This document shows, in pieces, positions 54,838-64,000 of a DNA stretch of 64,000 nt. The notes below the pieces were generated by a model. It saw nothing but the letters and a program-made list of their open reading frames with translations. It made no database searches and was not told where the DNA came from. The DNA is from Octopus vulgaris (lineage: Eukaryota). Where the stretch lies: the NCBI GenBank assembly GCA_951406725.2, contig OX597826.1, forward strand, positions 54,994,001 through 55,058,000, given 5' to 3'. The position numbers and the translations under genes were made by a program. Each line of letters begins with the position of its first letter. Position 1 is the stretch's first letter.

Positions 54838-55298
54838 GTGCATAAAAAGATAAGCAGGTATGCATGCATGTACACTACACGTACATACATAAATGTGTGT
54901 TCATGTATATATATATGTATATATATGTATGCATGTATATGTCTATGTATATATATTACGTATATATATATAAATATGTATATATATATATATGTAAACA
55001 TATATATATGTATGTATATATAAATATATATAGCTATATATATATATATATGCGTGTGTATGTGTGTGTGTTTGCGCATGTGTAGATATGTATGTGCGTA
55101 TGTATGCTTGTAGACATACACGAATGTTTGTATATTAAAGTCAGTATAACAAATACTTCAGTGCATAAAAAGATAAGCAGGTATGCATGCATGTACACTA
55201 CACATACATATATAAATGTGTGTTCCTGTATATATATATATATGTATATATATGTATGCATGTATATGTCTATATATATATTACGTATATATATATAA

Positions 55299-55344
<46 letters not shown>

Positions 55345-55367
55345 GTATATATATATATATATCTAGC

Positions 55368-55398
<31 letters not shown>

Positions 55399-55504
55399 AT
55401 GTTTGTGTGTTTGCGCATGTGTAGATATGTATGTGCGTATGTATGTTTAAAGATATACACGAATGTTTGTATATTAAAGTCAGTATAACAAATACTTCAG
55501 TGCA
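54838..55504 (+). repeat. Tandem duplication (~325-340 bp unit) of microsatellite-rich DNA
   Basis: GTGCATAAAAAGATAAGCAGGTATGCATGCATGTACACTACAC at 54838 and 55161; ACACGAATGTTTGTATATTAAAGTCAGTATAACAAATACTTCAGTGCA twice. Confidence 0.9.
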
Positions 55505-56261
55505 AATATATAGACATGACTTTTATGTGGTACCGTCGATGTATAACTAGGAATATGTGGATGTATGTATACCTGTATATATTTTCTTGACGTTCTTATG
55601 CGTATGCGTGTGTGTGCGTGAGTTTTCATGTGTATGTGCATATATATATATATGCCTATATGTATATATAGATATCTGTTTATATATATATATATGTGTG
55701 TGTGTGTGCCTATATGTATGTATAGATATCTGTCTATATATATATGTGTGTATATACATATATGTGTGTGTATACATATATACACAATAATATTAGTGTA
55801 TATATATATATTTGTAGATGTGCATGTGTATATATACATACATACATACTCTTAGCCATATGTGCATTTGTGTATTTACATAAATATTATAGAATGATAT
55901 ATACATATATATATATATATTGTATATGTTGCTAGACATAAATTGTATTTGCGTATAAGTGTGTATGGTCCCAAGTGAGGAAATATGCACACACACTGCG
56001 CACGCATACTCACACGCGCGCGCCCACACACACACAGATACACACACACAGACAAACACACATACACACACATTCAAAAAACATTTTCCACTCACAATCT
56101 TTCCGAATATTACTCTACTCAATATCAAAGACAGGAAAGTGACGATAAAGACGTATTTGGAGGAGAAAGACAAGAAAATTTAGAACGAAAACGGAATATG
56201 AATAAAATGGCCAAGGAAATGAAAACACGATAAACGAAATATAGATTGCTGCATATATTAG

Positions 56262-56540
<279 letters not shown>

Positions 56541-56614
56541 GAAAACAATGAAGAGTACCGGAAAAATATTGGTTGATGGAGTTCATAAAATATTACTACC
56601 GGGAAACATAAGGC

Positions 56615-56648
<34 letters not shown>

Positions 56649-56649
56649 C

Positions 56650-57110
56650 AATAAAGTTTGCTTATTGATCGACATGAGCATCCCCCGTGATCATAATATC
56701 TCAGCGAAAGAGTTTGACAAGCTCAGAAAATATAAAGACCTACTCATTGAAATTGAGAAAATGTGGCATCTCAAGGCGGTTACAATACCAGTGATCGTAG
56801 GAGCACTAGGAATGATCAAAAAGGGAACCGAAAATTATATGAGAATGATCCCTGGCTTACCATCCCTGCAAGAAGTGCAAAATATTGTCTTAACTGGTAC
56901 ATCACACGTATTGAGAAGAGCATTATCGATGTGAGAACTGTTGCTGCTCATGTATTTTAATTTAACTTTAAAAAAAAAAGAAAAAAAACATGAACGAACT
57001 ATTGAGTTTGGTTTAATGGCCTACCAATGTATACTATGAGTTTCTTTGCCCTAGGAGTCGGGAAGACACTCGGCAAGAAATGGAAGCAAATTTGAAAGAA
57101 GAAAAAAAAA
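56650..57110 (+). mobile_element. R4/Dong-type LINE 3' fragment (RLE C-terminus, 3'UTR, polyA) between (TAA)n tracts
   Basis: ORF 56665-56934 IDMSIP.D.NI..KE..KL.KYKDL.IEI.KMW....IPVIVGALG..K...Q..VL.GT.H.LRR.L; (TAA)n on both sides. Confidence 0.9.
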
Positions 57111-57187
57111 GTAATAATAATAATAATAATAATAACAACAACAATTAATAATAACAACAACATCAACAATTAATAAAAATAATAATA

Positions 57188-57402
57188 ATCCTTTCTATAA
57201 TAGGCAAAAGGCATGAAATTTGGGGAAAGGGGTAAAGGTCGATTAAATCAAGCCCAGTACTTGACTAGTACTTATTTTACCGACCCCGAAAGGATGAAAT
57301 GCAAAGTCGACCTCGGTGGAATTCGAACACTGAACGTAAAAACGAACAAAATGCCGCTAAGCATTTTGTTCAACGTATTAACGGTTCTGTTTGTTCTCCG
57401 CC
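57188..57402 (-). mobile_element. SINE family B (tail 2)
   Basis: GACCCCGAAAGGATGAAA..GTCGACCTCGG core. Confidence 0.8.
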
Positions 57403-57470
57403 TCATGCTGCTCCGGCTGCTGCTGCTACTACTACTACTACTACTACTACTACAACTACTACTACTAATG

Positions 57471-57526
<56 letters not shown>

Positions 57527-57900
57527 CTATCAACATATTTGTTTGCGCCCATTGCTATTGTTCCATGTGCTTCAATAACAACGGGTAATATTGCTTTGAG
57601 CTGTCACGTTCTTCTATCTCCAATCTATCTTTGTTCACATTTTCAAACGTTTTCAGAGATCTTTTTCTTTTCTTTTTTTTTTGTCAGCTGGGCCTGCAAC
57701 ATCAATCAACAGACAAGTCTTTTCAAGTTTGTGGTTTCACAACGATATCTTGTCGGCTAGCTTGGATTTTTCCAATCAGTCTGAGGACGGATATTCCAAA
57801 AAGACGGTAATTCCAGCATGGTGGACAACTTGTGATGGTTCGTGTTTCCACCAATTCTGTCTGAAAGTTACGTTATTATTTGATGAAATTTCTCTGCTTA
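57527..57900 (-). mobile_element. Old R4/Dong-type LINE RLE fragment
   Basis: Manual translation NWWKHEPSQV..QTD.KIQASRQDIVV..KTCLLIDVA.P.D..PVVI.A.GTI with frameshifts. Confidence 0.7.
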
Positions 57901-57939
57901 TTTTGCTAGGTATGATGGAATATGTCAGCTGTCCACAGC

Positions 57940-58275
57940 CACCAAACAGTTGTGTACTTCCCATGCTTCAAGAATCCCGTGAAAAATTCTTGCACTTCCA
58001 AGCAATGCTGATTTTTGTAGGTGTTCTATCCTTAAATTTGACCCAATTTTTTGTTTTTTGTTGAGTGCTGATACTTCCAAGGGCACCAGGTACTAATGGT
58101 ATCACATCGACTCTCCTCATTGACCACAACCTTCATATTTCCCACATTACCTGGTCGTAGTTTTTCATTTTGTCTTCTTTCTCCTTTCTCCTGTTATCAC
58201 TGAGACATACTATGTCCATTACCATGCAAATTCTTTCTTTTTTATTCATCACAACATATTCCGATGTCTGCGCAC
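57940..58275 (-). mobile_element. Old R4/Dong-type LINE RLE fragment (different subfamily)
   Basis: Manual translation VVMNKKERICMVMDIVC..D....KE.K..Y..V.WEI*RLWSMRRVDVIPLV.GALGSI..EHLQKSALLGSARI. Confidence 0.75.
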
Positions 58276-58319
58276 ATAACTGTTTCTCTCTCTATGTTCA
58301 GGTTATTATTATTATTATT

Positions 58320-59705
58320 CTATGTTTGACTTTTGCTTTATGTCTGTACAAGTTGGCTCCAAGTCTCACCTAGAGACCTCAAGAGACAACAGGTTGGAAG
58401 TTCTGTGCCATATATTTGGGGTTTTTTTTTGTTTTTTTGGTGTTGTACTAGTGAATGTCTAATACATAAAAAAAATAATAAAGAAAGAAAGAAAAAAGAA
58501 AAAAGAAAAAAAAGAAAAGAAAAAAAAGAAAAAAGAAAAAAAAAAGAAAAGAAAAAAAAAGAAAAAGTTTGTTTTAAACCTTGGGATTACATAGAGAGTA
58601 TTTTGCGTAGGATATGAGCAGTTCCCATGAGCACTATCTTTTGAATTTCTGCCATTTTGGGGTTTCCTGGTATTTGAGTTAGGTAGCAATCAGTCCCTTT
58701 CGCTATCATTCCCAGGGCACCTATGACAACAGGTATTGTTTTAGTCTTCAGCTTCCACATTTTGCTGATTTCTATTTCAAGATCTTTATATTTGCTCAGT
58801 TTTTGGTAGGTCTTGACAGATACGTTTATATCGATTGGGGCAGTCATATCAATGAGGAGGCATGTTCTTTGTCTGAAGTCTTTCAATATAATGTCTGGCC
58901 TATTTGCATCTATCTTCCTGTCAGTTTGAATGGTGAAGTTCCAGAGGAGTGAGATGTGGTCATTTTCAAGCACAGGAGGTGGATTGTGTTCCCACCAGTT
59001 TGTTTCATGGGGCAAATCCAGGTTTTTGCAAATTACCCAGTGAATATATTGTGCAGCTCTATCATGCCTACTGAGGTACTCTGTAGGCGCTAGAAGACTG
59101 CATTTGGAGACAACATGGTCAATGGTTTCATTTTGTTGTCGGCATACACGACATGTTGGACTACTGCCGTTCTTTAATATGTTGGCCTGGTAGTTTCTTG
59201 TTGGTAGGCATTGATCTTGAGCTGCTATGATAAACCCCTCTGTTTCAGATTTTAAGCCAGAGGCCATTAGCCATTGATGGGTCAGGGCTTTGTCGATATC
59301 TGCATTATTCGCTCTCTTTGGGTATTTGCCATAGAGATGTTTTTCTTGCCATTTATTATTCAGAATATCTAAGGCCGCAGTTTTGGCACGGGTTTTCATG
59401 CGCCTAGCTTTTTCTGTGCTTGTTTCTTGTATATCTATCTCTAATTCCGAAATTGGTTGTATTCGGAATTCACTTAGATATTCCTTTGCCTGTTTTGTGA
59501 CTGAGTATGATGCTTTCTTGTTTTCATGTTTTGAGACAAGTGTTAACATCCAGTCCTCAGAGTTTTTCAGGTAGGTGTCTAAGCCAATTGTAGCAATCTT
59601 CATTGTTATTGCCAGTTGCAAAAGACCACGGCCTCCCTCTTTTCTTGGCAGATAGAGTCGTTCTGTATCTGCCTTAGGGTGGTGCATTCTATGCATTGTC
59701 AACAG
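58320..59705 (-). mobile_element. 5'-truncated R4/Dong-clade LINE with uninterrupted ORF remnant (post-RT, CCHC zinc knuckle, PD-(D/E)xK restriction-like endonuclease) and 3'UTR
   Basis: ORF 58587-59768: HPKAD.ERLY.PR.EGGRGL, ETEGFIIAAQDQ, CRVC...ETIDHVVSKC, RHD, NRPDII...LID...KLSKYKDL; flanked by (TAA)n on the element strand at both ends; the poly-Ile N-terminus is microsatellite. Confidence 0.95.
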
Positions 59706-59725
59706 TATTATTATTATTATTATTA

Positions 59726-59766
<41 letters not shown>

Positions 59767-59852
59767 AATTTATGTATCTGTTTATCAATTGTCTTCCGAT
59801 GTGATAAACGTTTAAAAGCATAAAACGAATGCTGTCACCACTCAGTCCAAGC

Positions 59853-60668
59853 TTTTGCAAATTACCCAGTGAATATATTGTGCAGCTCTATCATGCCGGT
59901 TGAGATACTCTGTAGGTGCAAGAAGACTGCACTTGGGGACAACATGATCAATGGTTTCATTTTGTTGTTGACATGCACGACATGTTGGGCTACTGCCGTT
60001 CATTAATGTTTGCCTGGTAGTTCTTTGTAGGTAGGTATTGATCTTGAGCTGCTATGATAAACCCTTCTGTTTCAGATTTTAAGCCAGGGCTTTGTCAACA
60101 TCTGCAGTAATCGCTCTCTTTGGGTATTTGCCATAAGAGCTGTTTTTCTTACCATTTATCAATCAGAATATCTAAGGCAGTAGTTTTAGCACGGGTTTTC
60201 ATGCGCTTAGCTTTTTCTGCGCTTGTTTCTTGTATGTCTAATTCCGAAATTGGTTGTATTCGGAATTCACTTAGATATTCCTTTGCCTGTTTTGTTACTG
60301 AGTATGATGGTTTCTTGTTTTTATGTTTTGAGACAAGTTTTAACATCCAGTCCTCAGAGTTTTTCATTGTTATTGCCAGTTGTAAAATTCCACGGCCTCC
60401 CTTATTTCTTGGCAGATAAAGTCGTTCTTTATCTGCCTTAGGGTGGTGCATTCTATGCATTGTCAACAGTTTTCGTATCTTTTTTCTGTCAAGATTACAT
60501 ATTTCAGTAATTGACCAGTCAACGATATTGAAACTGTATGTCACGACTGTTATGGCTAAAGCATTGATCGCTTCGATCCTGTTTCTCGCATTCAACTGTC
60601 TTGAGTATTGCTCTCATTCTGCGATAACATTCTCTCCTGATCCTTTCCTTCATCACTGAATGGCGCCT
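59853..60668 (-). mobile_element. Second copy of the same R4/Dong family, with deletions and frameshifts
   Basis: Nucleotide-level match to 59020-59705; extends 5' to KERIRRECYRR.RAILKT.LNARNRIEAINALA. Confidence 0.92.
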
Positions 60669-60669
60669 T

Positions 60670-60901
60670 TTTCTTCTTCTTCTTCTTCTTCTTCTTCTTC
60701 TTCTTCTTCTTCTTCTTCTTCTTCTTCTTCTCCTCCTTCTTCTCCTCCTCCCCCTCCGCCTCCCCTCCGCCCCTCATTCTTCTCCTTCTCCTCCCCCTCC
60801 CCATCACCCCCCTCCTCCGCCCCACTTCTTCTTTTCTTCTCCTTCTTCCTCTTCTTCTTTTCTTCTTCATCTTCCTCTTCTTCTTCTTCTTCTTCTTCTT
60901 C

Positions 60902-60978
<77 letters not shown>

Positions 60979-60988
60979 TGTTGTTGTA
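60670..60988. repeat. Compound (TTC)/(TCC)/(TTA)/(TAG) microsatellite
   Basis: Visible runs. Confidence 0.95.
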
Positions 60989-61367
60989 ATTAGTAGGTGT
61001 AAATGGGGTGAAAAGATCAATATAGATACTAGATAACATTAAACGAAACAAAAAATAATTCTTTTTTTATTTTCACAAAACAAAACAGAACAAAAAATAT
61101 CACATCTTACCGATGTTTTCTTATAAAGATTCCATGATGTCAATGAAAAGAATTCACCCTTTGGAAACACTAATTATACAACTATGTTAATTACATAGCA
61201 TGGGAACAAGCTAATTTATAAGAAATTGCTAACTCATATAAATTGCAGTGCTTAATTTACAGAAAATAAACTAACCGGTCATTAAATTGTGGAAAAGGGG
61301 GTGTCATTGTAGGAACGCGGAGAAACTTCTCTCCTGGTTATCTATTAGCACTCGATTACCGGACGTT

Positions 61368-61368
<1 letters not shown>

Positions 61369-61458
<90 letters not shown>

Positions 61459-61790
61459 TAACGATAATGATAATAATAATGATAATGATAATAATAATAA
61501 TGATAACGATAATAATAATGATAATGATAATAATAACTATAATAATGATAATAATAATAATAATAACCATGATGATGATGATGATGATGATAATAATAAT
61601 GATAATAATAATAACGATAATAATAATGATAATGATAATAATAATAATAACAATAATAACAATAATAACAACGAGAACAACGATAATGATGATGATGATG
61701 ATGGTGGTGGTGGCGGCGGTGTTTGTAGTGCTAGTGTTGGATGAAATGGGAGTGATGTTGACGACGATAAGAACGATAATGATAGCCACA
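61369..61790. repeat. (TAA/TGA)n degenerate trinucleotide array
   Basis: Visible runs. Confidence 0.95.
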
Positions 61791-62029
61791 AGGACAACGT
61801 ATGTAGTTACAAGACAATACTTGTCATAAAGAAGGGAGTTACATATATATGAAGATACGTGCGCACATACATACACTTACACACGCCAACGAGTGCGCGC
61901 ACACGCACATATTTTTAATTTTTTCTCTTTTACTTGTTTCAGTCATTTGACTGTGGCCATGCTGGAACACCGCCTTTATTAAAATATATAAAGAGAAGCG
62001 GATCGTGTATACATACATACACCCCGCCC

Positions 62030-62088
<59 letters not shown>

Positions 62089-63066
62089 TATAAAGATACA
62101 CACACACACATATATGTATATATGTATACATATATATACAGATATATAACTATATTTATAGATATATACACACGCGCACATATATATCTGTGTGTTTGTA
62201 CATCTGTGCATGTGTATGTGTAAATATACTTGTATGTGAGTGCGTAAGAAACGATGGTGTCGGCCAAAAATCTCAATAAAATAAATAAAATATATTGCGA
62301 CAGCCCAATCATTTGGAACAGAACTATGTAAAACACATTCATATTGAGGGTACATACCTCCACCGAGGTATCTATCATGTTATCCCGCGTCTGATCACTT
62401 TCCTTTCAGAGCGCCTTCTTGAAACTGGATGATCCCAAATTGCACTTCAGTACCTTCGTACTAACCAGACCGTGATGAGACTCACATCGTTTTGGCTAAG
62501 ATCTGTCAGTTGGTGATTAACCACTGATATGCTTTCTCTTTAGCAACTACCTAGATCCACGTAGTACTTGTCCGCTGTAGTCATGTCAGCCAGTAACAGT
62601 ATTTCATTTGGCGCTTTTTAGAAGCAATATTTTGAAGTGAATTAACCTATCTTGAGAATTATGGTAAAGTTCACAGTCTAGGGAGTAAGGAGTTTTACGT
62701 GGAGAAGTTCTAATTACTTGTTTGCCATTTGTCATGGTTAACTAAATGTTTTCTTACTATCTTCGTGAAAGACACACGCTCCTTTTGTGTCCATCTTTTC
62801 CACGCTACTTCTGTGTCCATTGCTGTTTCTGTATTTCTCAGCCACCCCTGGTATCCGCTATTAGTGATACTCAGAATGAAACGAGATCGTTTGCTTCCAC
62901 TTTACGCATCTTCGGAGGCGCTGTCTGAAGTGTTCAAAAAACAGCTGTAGTAGCAACTATGGTTCTCACCTCTAATGCCAGTTGCTGCTGTCGCTGTTGC
63001 TGTTGAGCGAACGGACTTCGTCCCAGAGCTCGCAAGATGGGAGAAGTCCGAAACGTGGTCCTATGC

Positions 63067-63372
63067 TATTCGTAAGACCCGCAGAAGAGAAAGCAGGTCA
63101 ACCCCCGACACCGAAAGCATCGACGGATGGATGAATGCGCATCCAGGATCAGCGGTTGCGTAGGAAGTCGGGGACAAGAAACAGGAAGAAAGAGTGAGAG
63201 AAAGTTGGGGCGAAAAAGTACAACAGGGGTCGCCACCACCCGCTGCCGGAGTCTCGTGGAGCTTTAGGTGTTTTCGCTCAATAAACACACACAATGCCCG
63301 GACCGGGAATCGAAACTGCGTTCTTACGACCGTGAGTCCGCTGCCCTAACCACTGGGCCATTGCGCCTCCAC
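63067..63372 (-). mobile_element. SINE family D, full head with tail X
   Basis: Reverse complement GTGGAGGCGCAATGGCCCAGTGGTTAGGGCAGCGGACTC..GTTTCGATTCCCGG (A/B boxes)..CTGTTGTACT..CTCTCACTCTTTCTTCCTG. Confidence 0.85.
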
Positions 63373-63805
63373 GCCAGTTACTGCTGTAGCCATCTCTGCT
63401 ATTCTTCATATTTTTTCATTCCATGTGAATTGAAAGCATCTAAGTGTTTATTATTACCAAATTTGTAGCATTCAGTTATCCTTCCAGTTTGCCATCCGCT
63501 GATGACGGCATCACCTGAGTCGTTTTACTGCGTTGAATGAGAGAAACAAAATGTTATAACCAGATAAAGGGTATTAATTAATAAATAGATTTACGTAAAT
63601 ATATACAAACATAAATGTATGTTCTGAATATTTTTTTGTCGGTTTACCCGGCATTATATTTTATGTTATTATTGATTTAAAATTTATCAAGTTCTTTGGT
63701 AAGTTGCTCTACACAAAGAAAGTATTTTCGTCATATTTTCGAAATGTATATGTATTTGTATTAATATATATGCGCGCACACATATACTTATGCCTGTGTT
63801 AACAT

Positions 63806-63847
<42 letters not shown>

Positions 63848-64000
63848 AAATATTCATACATCGTATATATATATATATTTATTTATTTATAGATGTTCAC
63901 AGACATACATATATAAACGCATATATGTATCCATATGTATGTATTGGTGTGTGTTTGTGTGTCTATCTGCACAAATACATATATTGTATGCGTGTATTTT

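Noticed and set aside
58587-59768. 393-aa ORF as a functional host gene
   Set aside because: The N-terminus is read through a (TAA)n tract and the rest is a 5'-truncated LINE ORF lacking the RT core

Overview
This is AT-rich, repeat-dominated animal genomic DNA, either intergenic or deep intronic. The microsatellite density and SINE families look like an octopus/cephalopod genome (inference from pattern recognition, not a database match). No host protein-coding exon, rRNA, true tRNA or CRISPR array can be supported, and almost all ORFs in the track are translations of microsatellites. The window contains dozens of tRNA-derived SINEs from at least four modular families (called A-D here), including dimers and a pentamer bounded by a single target-site duplication. 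It also has decayed LINE fragments (RTE, CR1/L2-like, L1/Tx1-like), a cluster of five R4/Dong-type restriction-like-endonuclease LINE fragments in (TAA)n tracts, mariner remnants, hAT/Tc1/piggyBac-like MITEs, a non-autonomous Helitron and several fold-back structures. The most interesting signal is a set of short non-coding elements, mostly embedded in (TA)n, that carry minimal type-I hammerhead-ribozyme-like motifs. These motifs have different but paired stem I sequences, palindromic stem III and unusual core variants (U4C, A6U, a G3-C8 swap), resembling Penelope-like element/retrozyme termini.
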